The notes under the pieces: model-generated
Database searches by the model: none
What the model was told of the DNA's origin: nothing
Seen by the model: only the letters and a program-made list of their open reading frames with translations
Shown: positions 1 through 12,455 of the stretch, in pieces
Layout: every line of letters starts with the position of its first letter
Numbering within the stretch: position 1 is the stretch's first letter
NCBI RefSeq assembly: GCF_018977255.1
Contig: NW_024704743.1
Span: 64,110,001 to 64,174,000, forward strand
Length of the DNA stretch: 64,000 nucleotides
DNA from: Callorhinchus milii
Taxonomy: Eukaryota
Direction of reading: 5' to 3'
Position numbers and translations under genes: made by a program

Positions 1-1512
1 ACACAGAGAATCAACCTAACTTCGAAATTTTGATTTTCATTGGCAAGTACCTTGGAAGTACCTGACACGCTGTTTCTATTCTCTGCACTAACACACACAC
101 ACACACCCCCCGCCCACCCCACACCCCCACACACACACCGAAGGATAATCACCAGTTGGACACTAGACATCTGCCAAGTGCAGACTGTAGCCTTCACTGT
201 GTGGACAGGGGGTACCAGGAACTCATGGTGAACAACAAAACATTCAGCATGAGATGTGTAACAGTATTACCACCAAATACACATCTTGGACACACCCAAC
301 CCATTGAGAGGTGATTCCACTAGTTGAAAATGTATAGCTTAAACAGCAGTTTCTTGCCTCTCTGCATACTAGTCAGGATGAATACCAAGACCTGTATATC
401 AAGCCCTGGATATAGGAACAAACCTATATTTTACATGTACCTGAAGTCCAGGAAACACCTTCCAGTAACTGTTGTTTCAAGCCTCAAAGTTTCCTCATCA
501 AGTGTTTGATAAAAGCTTAACTTCAGTGAGGTGGAAAGACCTATACAGGGCAATTTATGATGTGCTACGCACCTGGATATTCTAGAGGTCTAATTTCAAT
601 GCTGAGGACTAGGTTTACTCAACACCAAATGTTTAATCCAGGTTGTCTTGTGATACCTTTGAGGACCCTCTCTATCTGTGTAGATCCATAAACTAACCTT
701 GAAGACACCACCATCATGTCCCACTGAGGTTGCCTTAAATACCAAGTCCATCCCTCTAACTACCATTCAATAAAATATTGGTAAATAAGGTGACAGTGGA
801 CAACTAACCTTACCTCCCTTTCAAGAGGGATAGGCTAAGCAAGTCTTCTTTTACATCTTATATGTATTGTTGAACTGGAATACATGTCCCAGAAAAAATC
901 CAAGATTTAGCCTTATATCAGTTTCTTCGTGAGGTTTCTTCGTAAGGTCAAAATCCTTATGGAAATCATTGCACAACATGGATGAGTTTCCCTTAACCTT
1001 TACGATATTCCACAATCTCATTCAATGTCGCACACTTCTTACAAGACATTAATCCAGCCTGTTCCTTCCTGATTAGAGCACAGGCATCCAATGCATCTGA
1101 TATGCACTCCATGACAACCTAAAGTTCACTTTAAGAGCAACTGAAATCAGTGCGATTTCTTGGTCTAACTCGGTCATTCTTTTGTATGGATAGATACAAC
1201 AACATTAATATGCCACAATTGGATTGAAGGCAATGTTTTGTTCATGTGCGTTCCTCTTCAGTATGTATTCTTCTGGAATTAGTAAATTGAAAAAAATTTC
1301 AGTTTACTATTAATATGCAACACGAGTGAACAAATGAGAAATTGAGAGACACAAGTATCAAAATTAGGTGAAGGATTTTAAGTTACAATTACAAATATAA
1401 CTAATGAGTATTTAAATAATTGTACTAAAGTTTATGAGAACAATTTGGATACATTAGACAGACATTATTTGAGTGTATTACAAAATGTGCTACACAAAGC
1501 TAATCAATAGCT

Positions 1513-1819
1513 AATAATAATAATAATAATCCTTGCATTTGATATAGCGCTTTTCACGTCGGGAGGACGTCCCAAAGCGCTTCACAGAACGTACTGTAAA
1601 GTGAATTGACTGTATATTTGTGGGCGAACGCGGCAACCATGTCCCACAAACAGTCGTAGATTGAAAATGACCAATTTATTATTGTTTTTGGTTTTTTGGA
1701 GGGATTATTATTAGGCTTGTGGAGTAAGGAAACTTGCCCAAGGTTTTGCCCTGTCTGGAATTGAACTCAGGTCTCTCACTTGCAAAGCGAGTGCTCTAAC
1801 CGCTGAGCTACAGGACTTC
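1513..1819 (-). mobile_element. Young tRNA-derived SINE (Ala-TGC-like head, partial Deu domain, L2-type tail, (ATT)n end)
   Basis: Minus-strand head GTCCTGTAGCTCAGCGGTTAGAGCACTCGCTTTGCAAG with A and B boxes; very similar to 51713-52029. Confidence 0.85.
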
Positions 1820-2331
1820 ACAAAATAATGGGGGTAACGATGTAAGAGGACAAGTCAGACAACAGGAGATATGCAGTATACTCCTGTTACATATATTTTA
1901 GTACTACAGGGTTTGTTTAATTGTCCAGAATATGTGGCATTGATGTGAAATATACCACAAATGAATGGCATAAGGTTTTGTCAGACCATTGAACAATTTT
2001 GGTATTTTGGGAAAACCTATTGGGTAAAAAGACTGTGAAGTGTACTTCACTACTAATTGCCCTATGTCTGAGCCAGATTCCTAATCAAAATGTTATACAA
2101 CAGCACAGCGAGGAATGTATTATAAAGACATTTTCTAATAAGACACATGAGGCTAAATATGAGGCTAAGGCTAAGCCCACTTTAAGATCTATCTTTTAGA
2201 CCATGCTTTTGGTCATCTTTCCTATCTCCACCTCCCTATCCTCCTCAGGCCCCCCCACCCCACAGCCAGCTCAGGTGCCAGTCAGCTATGAAAAGTGCTT
2301 TGAAACCACCCCCCTCCCCACACTCATGCGA

Positions 2332-2483
2332 AATTTGCTATTTAAATGTAAGTTGTTATTGTAAAGCTCTTTACTGCATATCAATGATTGAAATTAAAGA
2401 AAAAACAATTTTACTATTTAAATGTAAATTATTATTGTAAAGCACTTTACTGCATATCAATGATTGAAAGTAAAGAAAAAACA
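2332..2483. repeat. 76-bp direct tandem duplication
   Basis: ctatttaaatgtaa...aaagaaaaaaca repeated at 2338 and 2414. Confidence 0.9.
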
Positions 2484-2800
2484 TAGAATAATGGAACCAT
2501 AGAAATATACATCGTATCTGTGCTGGTACTTTTAAGCACAATCCTTTCAATCCTATTTACCTGACCATTCCTCATACCCTTGTAGGTATTTATCTAGTTC
2601 CCTTTTGAATGCTAATATAGATTCTACCTCAACCAGTACTCCCGGCAGGGGATTTATATCCTAACCACTCTGCGTGAAAAAACTTCTCCTAACCTCCCTG
2701 TTTGCTCATTTGCTAACTCTCTTAAATTGATGCCCTCAAGTTACTGACTCACCGACCAGTAGAAATAATTTCTCCCTATTGACTATCAAAACCCCTTATA
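2482..2800 (-). mobile_element. CR1 LINE 3' fragment
   Basis: accactctgcgtgaaaaaacttctcctaac (minus strand VRRSFFTQSG) and catagaa tail. Confidence 0.72.
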
Positions 2801-3269
2801 GTATATAAACAGGATATTCGGCACATTAAGCCTACACTGGAGTTTTTCTCCACATGAGTACCTAATCCTCACTCCCCTTGTTTTTAAGCATCTATCTCCA
2901 CTTTGAAAAGTTGTTAAGACTGCATCAGTAATCCTCTGTGAGGAAACTTTTGTTTAACCTCCCTTTAATTATTTTTGTGATGATCTTGAATTTCTGCGCT
3001 CTTATTATTGATTTTCCAACCAGTGAAAATAATCTATTACTATTTATCCTATTTCAATCTGACCTACCCTTCTTAATCTTGAACAACAAATTGCATTTAT
3101 GTACCACCTTTCATGTTAAAAGGATTTTCTAAAGGTTTTCACCCGAGCTGGGGGTTGGAATCAAGAGTGGTGGGGGTGGGAAGGGTGGCATAGTCGAAAG
3201 AGGAAGGTCTTGAGACAGATTAATTTTATATTAATTAAGTGTCCTGCTTACCTGTTACGGTGCAGTGTG

Positions 3270-4050
3270 GCAAGAGCCAAGGCTTGGGGACCCTAGATTG
3301 TGTGTTGGGGTACTGCTGGAGTCTAACCAGTGAAAACTACAAAGCTTGATATTGATAGCAATGCCTGGCAAGCTTTCCTGCTACTTGTTTAACTAAGACC
3401 ACCCTGCCTATTGGGGCTTTGGTTTTCAGGATCAACAGGAGCTGAGTGGGGAGGATTCCCTGCCCCAGTAACTGGTCTGCCCTTCCAGGTCCTGCTGGTA
3501 AGTCAGCCGGATTGTGCTGCCATCAGCAGTGCCTGGAGTGCTGCGAACTCGCCTGGCTCAGGAACCGGACTACTGAGACTGCCACAGAGGACTGGCAGGA
3601 ATTCTGATGTTCCGTTGCCAAACATGTCACCTTGAAGCCAGTTCAACTCCAAGGAGCCCATGCTCCCCCCCCCCCCCCCCCCCCCCCGAAGGATAGTCAC
3701 TAGTTGGTCATTTGATATCCGACAAGCATTGGTTTGATCCCCTTGCCAGGTGGATGGTAGGTGCCAGGAACTGCCTGTGAGCTTCTTGGTGGGCAACACT
3801 TCCACCACCATCTCCCTTTCTGCAGCTTGGTCATACGTACCTTCCCGTTGAGTAATGATTCCACTAGTTTCCTCTATGCAAACCAATCAAGGTGGATTCC
3901 AGGTGCTGGATGTACGAATATGTGTTCACAAACTCAGATTCCAGGTAACACCTTCAAGCAGCTGTCCCCTCAAGCCTCAGAGTTTCCTCATCAGTTATTT
4001 GATGGACATCTGCCTTCAATGTACTGGGAAGACCTTCAAGCTATATTGCT
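3270..4050. repeat. Unclassified interspersed repeat, longest copy; other copies at about 138-560, 12800-12850, 36595-37155, 40650-41325, 43050-43275 and 60460-60600
   Basis: Shared blocks such as ggcttggggaccc...ggggtactgctggagtctaacc and aggatagtcactagttgg recur in the same orientation. Confidence 0.8.
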
Positions 4051-6419
4051 ACATTTCACAGTAAAATCTTGTGAAGCGCTTTAAGACATCTACATGACAT
4101 GATAAGGCATTAAATCAAATACAAGGAGTAATATTATACAGTAAATAAAGTTTTCTATGATATTAACATGGGACTTTTACAGACCATGGTACTGTTTCTG
4201 CTGGTTCAAACAACTAAAATCGTTTTTGGGGCATTACCCGGTAGAAATCTGGCAGATACCAGTTTTGCACAAAAGAATGTTTTTATATTCCATTCAGATT
4301 TACCCACATGAAACGATCATTCACAGCAATACTGTCAGTTCATTATTAATCCAGCCTTCAGGACTATGACCTGTTTCATGATTTGTCAAACCGTGAGGGA
4401 CAATTAATTGCATTATTCTGCAACTATTAATAATTCATTGACGGATAAGCTGCTCGTATGCATAGAATATGAAATTAGCCACACAGTTGATACTAAATGA
4501 TAAAGCATGGCCGATTATTGTCAAATCTTGACATGTATTGTCTACATTGTGCTTGAACTTGTAGATAACCGAACTGCTTCATTTTTTTTGGAAGAATATC
4601 TGGTCTGACATGTCCCTGTTTTCCTGTGGCATGGCAGATGCTGTTCATATCAGTAGGGAGGGGGAGTGATTGAAGTTCTTATGCACTAGGGAAAAATACA
4701 TTTGCGCTACATTGTCATCTAGGGAAGGAGTACACAATATCATTGGGCAGACAGGGATCCATCTTTCAAATTTGAAGACCAATTATTACATAATCCCATT
4801 TGTTATAAAAGACTTCTCGGTTTCCCCTTGATGCTGAGTTTTATGATTCAAAGCTACTGGTTAGAGGTGTTCTGGGATTAGAACATTTTGTGTGAATGTG
4901 ACCTTTTGAAGTTTTATTCCAGTGCTGAAATGAATGGGGAATAGTGAGCATTGGGGAGCACTGACATTAGAAGTGTAACTTTGTAATGATTAATAATTAC
5001 AAAATAATCCCACAACCTCCCCCCTCGCTCTCTTTCTCCCCAGCCCCGAGATCCTGGTTAACTCACTGAGATGCCCTGCCCCTCCCCAACTAGAAAGGAG
5101 CTATAGAAATATAGTGCCTAAATTTAGATATTTGTGAATAAAGCAAGAAATTCTCAATTGTTGTTACTTTGAGCCACAAATCTTATTGAAAATGATTCTT
5201 GACTTTAATTCTAAAATATATAGGTTTGATAGCTAGAGGTTATGATGGATTATGTTGTCCCTTGAAGTAATCCCTTGATATCCCAATTGAATTTTTCAGC
5301 TGTCTCCCTAGTAAGCTCCAACTAATACAAAGCTCCACCACTCATCTCTTTACCTGTACCGTATTCTACGTTCCTATTGCCCTACTCCTCACCCCCACCC
5401 CACACCACCATCAGTGGTCAAGCTTCAGCAGCTATGCCCCAACATTTGGAACTCTCTCCCTTTAATCCTTCGTACCCCTCTCTATCTGTCTTCATACACA
5501 CGTTGTGGAAAGGCAGATGAGGAACAGAACCTATCATTTGTACTCTCACTGCAAAGGTTGAAAAGATAAGAAGCAGGTGAGAAGGGGATACTGCTGAGTC
5601 AGAAACTGCCCAGTAATGCTGAGGAGAGACAGGAATGTTTGTTTTCTCATGAAAAACTTATTTGTGCTTCATTTACATTAATAGTATAGTGGTGGATGGA
5701 TAGCGGCCAGGAGACTGTCACCTGTTTAAAAATAATAGTCTCACTTTCAATCATTTGGCCTCTACCATGTGTGCAAAAAACATGGAAACTTGGAGAACAA
5801 AAGTGTTCAAATTGTCTGGCTATCTTAGAAGTGGAATGCACATTGGGTTCACACATTCTTTTTATCTCTAGGACTGGGGTTCAAATTCCTTGCAGAGTGC
5901 TTGGGGGCTACATGATACCTGCATGAAATGAGTTTGATCATTTGAAATAAGTGCGGGTGCAGGCACACAGCAGAGAACTATTTGTTATTTTAAACAAATT
6001 GCCACTGACCGTAATCTCGCTGAGAGAGATCAGAAGATGCCCAGAACAGGAGTTGGTAACATTTACACTAGTGCAGTGGTGAGGGGGGGTGGGGGGGAAA
6101 TCACACATTAGGTTGGAGTAGAGTAGAAAGAGCTTTGCTCTGCCTTTGACCCATTGTATTTCACCCGTGCGTATGTGATGCTGATATTCGTGACAACAAT
6201 GGGACAAGTTGTCCAATTTCCAAGTGGTGACATCCCCTAATGCAATGCTAGAACTCATCCAAACGTATCAATGAAAATAAACTTTTGTGGTGATTTCCTC
6301 CTCCAGCATTTATTCAATGAGTTTTGTGGACTGAAAGGGTTGTTTTATATGAAACCTATTGGGTTACTGGATTGTATAAAGTTTTCTTGTTAGCAAAATG
6401 CCTGGGTGCCTTGAATATA

Positions 6420-6900
6420 AGAATGGCAACTTGCATTTATATACTTCATGAAGGATGATGCCTCGGAGAGCTAGCTGGTTTGGATGCCGAGCAGGGGTAG
6501 GATGAAGGTATGGAGTTGTCCACAGAATCAGTCTAGAAGGGAGGTTTAAGGCAGGCTTAAAGACAGAGGGGCAGAGAGAGGGAGTTTGGGGGCATAGATT
6601 CTGAAAGCTAGTTCGGAGAGGACGGGGACACACATTAGGTCTAAAGTAGCCGAGTGGAGGGTTGAGCAGATGATTGGGGTAAAAGATCGGAGAATTAGGG
6701 AAATGCCAGGCATGAAGGGATTGATAGTTGAGGGCAAGGCCTTTGAAATCAATTGCCTAGAAGACAGAGCGAGTGAAGACTGGTGAGGAACTGAGCGATG
6801 GGCATACAAAGTTTGTTACTGGTAAGGATGTGGGTGGCGGAGCGTTGGATAAGATGGAGCTTATTGATGGTGGAACTGGGGAGATCAGAGAAGAGTGCAT
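6420..6900 (-). mobile_element. L2 LINE 3' fragment, degenerate
   Basis: Minus-strand SNALFSDLPSSTINKLHLIQRSATHILT (L2 ORF2 C-terminus) and tail motif. Confidence 0.75.
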
Positions 6901-8339
6901 TTGAACTATCCTGACAATACATAACAACTTGCACTATATAAGTGCCCTTCACGTGAGTAACAAAGGTAGCATTTGGTGTGCAATAGAGATGGGGGATGTG
7001 ATGGATGAAGAAAAGCTTGGGACCAGTTGTGAGGAAGAATGAAAAGCTGATGATCAAACTAAACACCGAGAGTGTGTACTGGTTTGATGAGTTTGTGGGA
7101 GAGGCTTTTGTGCAAGATCTCAACCCAAGAATTGCTACAGTATTTTGATTGAAAAGAAGGAAGCATCAAAACCTCATTTGGTTTATGTGATTAGGCTTAA
7201 AATGTGTATGTTGTATATTTAAGAATTAAAAGTAATCATATTAAGTACGCATAGGCTGAGCAAGAGTGGGACAGAATAAATAAGAAGATTATGCATGGTG
7301 TAACAGTAGCCTGTGGGTGAATATTCAGAGAATGTCTATACCAGAAGCAGAGCGTCAGAGCTGCCTCTCATAAGAATTCTTAAGATGGAATGAGCTATGA
7401 GTCCGGGTAGTAACCTGTATAAATATGTTGTAATTTTAAACACATTTATTTTGCATACTTTAATATAGACTTTAATGTGGAGCTCTGTGACTGTTCTGAA
7501 ATAAACTGAACCCTATATCGTACCTGAATACTATAGAAACATTGAGATGGTCTCAATCTCATGATCCAGAATTAAAGTGATTCTCTCAAATGGCCAAAAT
7601 ACATCTCCAGATTAGAGACAATCTATGCTCTTGTATTTTGTTCAGTGAAATAGACATAACTTTCAATGACTAAAACCCATCATAGGATCAGCAACAATTC
7701 AGGCTGTTATGGCTTGTCAAGTGAAATAGAGCTGTGGCCATCTCAGAAGCTCTAAACAATGGACCTTGATATATAGCAATTTATTGCCCTATCTCAAGAG
7801 ATATTTCCACATATTTCCTGGGAATTTTCATAAATTCTGGGCCGTCTTAAATAATGAATCAAAATGGTCTTTATTGACTAAGACCAGGTGGAATTTCGTG
7901 TTTGATGTAACAAATGTGTTTTTTTAGTGTTGAAAGACCAAGTAAATAGTTCTTTTGAAAGCAATATGGATTTTTCCTCTTGTGATACTATTTTACACGA
8001 TCTGTGTATCTCTGCACCTCCATGCCTTGGAGAATTTTAACCATTCCATTTTTTCTCCTCAAATTTACTGCTACATAATACTATACATTGTGGGGTATTA
8101 CTCTACATAACACAGTAACATACTGTGTGCAAATTGGCTGCCTTGTTCACTTACAAAATACAGTCACTACATTTTACAGTAAATCCTGTGAAACACTTTG
8201 AGATGTGAATGATGCTTTTTCAAATGCAAGGATTATTATCATCATTTCAAGAGCACAGAACCCTGCAGCACACCATTAGAGATATCCTGCCAATTTGAGA
8301 AACATCCATATAATCCCTCTCATTGCTTTCTGTTCTTTA

Positions 8340-8545
8340 GCCAACCCTAATATCATGGAGTTTTCTATATGATCCAGTATCAAATGCCTTGTAATGTTCA
8401 TATGCATAACACGGACTGCATTCCCTTTATGTATGGGCTTGATAGTTTCTTCCAATAATTCACCCAAATTAATCAAGCACAACCTGCCTTTTACAAACCC
8501 CATATTGACGGCTTTGATTAATCCAACCTTTTCTAAGTGTCGAAG
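8340..8545 (-). mobile_element. CR1 RT fragment, degenerate
   Basis: GFVKGRLCLINL..L.E....KGNAV.VMHM resembles the CR1 RT motif GFxKGRSCLTNL. Confidence 0.7.
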
Positions 8546-8826
8546 CATCGTAACTCTTGGTGACACAGTATGGAAAGTATCACTTATCTTGGGAATAGAG
8601 AACATTAACCATAATCTTGATGGTGACAACAAGCAGCACCTGAAGAGTTGCTGGTTATTAAAGATGCAGCAGCTCTTGCACTGTGGAATCCAAAACCTGC
8701 TGCAGCTGCAGTTAAACATTGTAAATTATTCAAACAGAGACCATACTGAATTCAACAGTGAAGCTTCACATCCAACGTCTGATTGTAGATCTGCCTCCCA
8801 GGTAGTGTTATCAACTGAAAGTGCAC

Positions 8827-8950
8827 ATAATAATAATAATAATCCTTGCATTTAATATAGCGCCTTATCATGTCTTCGAGACGTCTCAAAGCGCTTCATA
8901 GAATATACTGTTCAGTGAATTGACTGTATATTTTGTGGGTGAAAAGCGTA
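8827..8950 (-). mobile_element. SINE 3' fragment
   Basis: aataatccttgcattt...aagcgcttca tail motif. Confidence 0.75.
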
Positions 8951-9133
8951 AACCACTCTGGTTCCCTAAGTTTCTCCTTCCTGAAATTCAGGATTTCGAC
9001 CAGCGTTTTAATTTTGGGCCAAGAAAAAACTCAAGGTCCAACAAAAAAATCAGAAAAAAAACAGCCACAAAGCTGTTTGCTGGCCTTTGGAATTACGATT
9101 TGTAGCAAATTCTGTTGGATATTCTGTATATTT

Positions 9134-9484
9134 GAAGTCCTGTAGCTCAGTGGTTAAGAGCACTCACCTCGCAAGCGAGATTCCCAGGCAGGGTGAAACG
9201 TTGGGCACGTTTCCATACTCCACACGCCTCAGTAAGTAGGAACCCAGTTGTTAGATGATTGGCGGATCGCTTTTCCGGGGGTAATAATTCCTTCAAAAAT
9301 AATAATAATAAATTGCTCACTTCAATCCACAACTGTTTGTGGGACACTGCCGTGCACAATTGACTGCTGAGTTGCGCTCACAAAATATACAGTCAATTCA
9401 CTTTACAGTGAATTCGGTGAAACGCTTTGAGATGTCTTGAAGAAGTGATAAGGGGCTATATCAAATGCAAGGATTATTATTATT
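9134..9484 (+). mobile_element. Young tRNA-derived SINE, longer subfamily
   Basis: GTCCTGTAGCTCAGTGGTT head, Deu-like 3' part, (ATT)n tail; shares an extra internal block with 20711-21050. Confidence 0.8.
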
Positions 9485-10270
9485 GTTGTAAACAGGGTCT
9501 TGTTGGGACTGAGCTGGTTCCAAGGTGATGTGCTTGGCAATGGAATTCTGGAATTGAGTCCACTTTCTGTGGCGATCTTGTAAGATTGGTTTCTGAGACA
9601 GAGAGGTCAGCAGTACTCCATGGCACTGGTGACCACAGACCAGCCATCCTGGCTTGTTGACAGGATTTGATCGGGCAGAACAGTCACCTAATGCAGAAAA
9701 TCTTTGCTTTCAAATCCTATTAATCCTGCAAGACAAAATCTTAATTGGTGGGTGGTCCTAGTTTGACAAGCAGTGGGAAGCTTGACAGACAGTAATGTCA
9801 CATGGCAAGCTATGCGGTTTTAGCTAGTTAAACTCCAGCAGTACCTTAACACACACTCTGCCAACCTGCGCCTATACTTTCCGAAATTAGGTAAGCAGGG
9901 TGTATCCCTGTGGGGAGGGAGTGCATGTTTAATTGCAAATAAGTGGGAAATTTCCAAGCTTAGAGGGCATTCTTATGTGGAGCTCTCAAGTTCGGTTACT
10001 CTTAAGCATGGTAGTCAGTTTCCACGTGTATACAAAAACAAACTCCACTTGTAAAGTGCCTTTCACATTGGGAGTATATCCCTAGCTGCTGGAAAATATC
10101 CAGCTGACCAAAATAAAGTCCCCCAAAATTTTAAATTTCCTCCAGCAGCAGAAAAATGATCATAAAATTGACTGATTATTATAAAAGCCCAACTGATTCA
10201 CCAATGTGCTTCAGGCAAGTTAATCTTCTTAACTAACATGGCCTACAGGAGACTGCAATCACCAGAATGT

Positions 10271-10486
10271 CAATAATAATCCCTCCAAAAAACCCAAAAA
10301 AAAAAAATTGGTCATTTTCAATCTACGACTGTTTGTGGGACATTGCTGTGCGCAATTGGCTGCCGCGTTCGCCCACAAATATACAGTCAATTCACTTTAC
10401 AGTGTGTTCTGTGAAGCGCTTTGGGACGTCCTCCTGACGTGAAAAGCGCTATATCAAATGCAAGGATTATTATTATTATTATTATT
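10271..10486 (+). mobile_element. 5'-truncated young SINE
   Basis: gctgtgcgcaattggctgccgcg Deu motif; gaagcgctttgggacgtcctcctgacgtgaaaagcgc tail; (ATT)n. Confidence 0.85.
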
Positions 10487-11315
10487 GATTCTTACTACCC
10501 TCTGAAATCGCTTAACAAGCCACTCAATTAAAAGAAAGCCAACCTGGTGTAGGGCAACCAGGGATGGGCAATCAATGCTGGCCTCGCCAGTGTTGCTTAC
10601 ATCCTGAATTGAAATAAAAGAAATTAACAGAGCAACTTTCAGTTTGAAGATGATCCATTTTCCACTTCAACATCTTTCCATTTTCTCTTAAATATTCAAT
10701 ATTTGATAAAGTATTTTTTTGATGGTTTGAATGAAGAATTATAGATGATCCTAGAAATGTAAGATATTTTCTAATGAACCAGACACTATTTCTTTTCAAT
10801 GACAGAATCAATAATAAATTTGTGGGATCACAATCACAACACCTAAAACCAAATATCTTGCCATTGAGACCATAATTTGTTTATTTTGGCATAATTTTAC
10901 TCTTGTAGATTAAAATGGATCCTAACTGATTCTGCGAAGCGCTTTGAGACATTCTCCTGACCTGAAAGGCAGTATATAAATGTAAAATTGTAGTTGTAGA
11001 AAATGAAATCCAAAGGCATATAGAATGGGTGCTTTGACATCCATCGAAAGTACTTTATTTTATTAGTAATTGCTGAAAGGCTCATTAAGTTTATCCTGAG
11101 AACCAAGTTTACCTTTAATCATTAGGTCTAGTCAATACAATCAACCCTATAATACACTAAAACGCAGACCAACAGTCTTTTGAGCTGGGTTGAGTTCAAA
11201 ATGCACTGAGCAATTAGTGAAATGAATCTTGTTCGATTTATCTTAGCTTCTCTTCCCGCTTGATATCACTACCCTTTATTTCCAAAACTCACAGACCATT
11301 TTATTTTAAAGAATA

Positions 11316-11692
11316 GTTGCATTAGCACTTTTTATGTCCAGAAGATGTCTCAAAGCGCTTCACAGGATTTACTGCAAAATGTAGTGATTGTGTATTTTGT
11401 TGGTGATCACGTCAGCCAATTTGTGCAGAAAGCCAAGACGTGAAAGATCAATGTTATTTGAAGGATTGTTAGCTAGGACAGCAGAGAAACTTTCTCCTCC
11501 TTTTGAATTTTTTAACGTCCATCTGAATAGGCAGATGGGACCTTGGTTTAACATTGCATCTAAAGCATGGCACCTCCAACAATGCAACAACCCCAGCACT
11601 GCATTGGAATGACAGCCATGACGATGTGAGTTCAAAATGCCGATGAAAAAGAATCTTCTAACTCAGAGCTGAGAGTAGTACAACTCAGCCAG
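11316..11692 (-). mobile_element. Older Deu-domain tRNA-SINE (SacSINE1/AmnSINE-like)
   Basis: Deu core (ccttggtttaacattgcatctaaagcatggcacctccaacaatgca) and tRNA-like head remnant. Confidence 0.75.
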
Positions 11693-11744
11693 GTTTATTT
11701 CTGTCCTATTTCTGACTTTCCATTTCCATTTTACTTGTGGTTTG

Positions 11745-12455
11745 GCTCACCGAACCAATGTGCAATCCAGGCGTCCAGTTTGACCCCCAGCTGTCCTTCC
11801 TCCCCCACATGTAGTCCCTGATCAGGACCGCCTTCTTCCAACTCCGCCACATTGCCCACCTCCGACCGTACCTTACCCCAAATGCAGCCGAAACACTCAT
11901 GCATGCGTTTGTCACCTCCCGCCTGGATTACTCAAATGCACTCCTCGTTGGTCTCCCCAGCTCCACTATTCAAAAGATCCAGCTCATTCAGAACTCTGCC
12001 GCCCCCATACTGACCCGGACCAAACTCCATACCCCCAGCTCACCAGTTCTAGCCAGGCTTCCCATCACCAAACGGATCGACTTCAAATCCTCACACTTGT
12101 GTTCAAATCCCTTCACTCACTAGCACCCCCCTGCCTCTCCCACCTCCTCACTCCCCAATCCACCACCTGGCGCCTCCGCTTGACTGGCCTGCTCGTCACT
12201 CGCACCCTCCGCTCCACCATTGGGGGTTACGCATTCAGCCACTATGCCCCAATACTCTGGAGCACTCCCTCAATCCCACCACCTTGCCCCCCCTCTCCCC
12301 CTTTTTAAGTCCTGCCTGAAAACCTCTTTTTCGAACGTGCTTACGGTCACCTCGCCCCCCCCAAACCGGATCGGAGTCAGGCTCCGCCACTGTTAAGCAC
12401 TCTGAAACGCTACCCTGCGTGGAGGGCGCTATATAAGTGCAACTTGTTATTGTAG
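11745..12455 (+). mobile_element. L2 LINE 3' fragment
   Basis: HAFVTSRLDYSNALLVGLPSSTIQKIQLIQNSAA; tail ggcgctatataagtgcaacttgttattg. Confidence 0.88.

Noticed and set aside
7180..7541. Possible solo LTR (TATAAA, AATAAA, ends in CA)
   Set aside because: No convincing TSD or second copy; such motifs are common in AT-rich DNA
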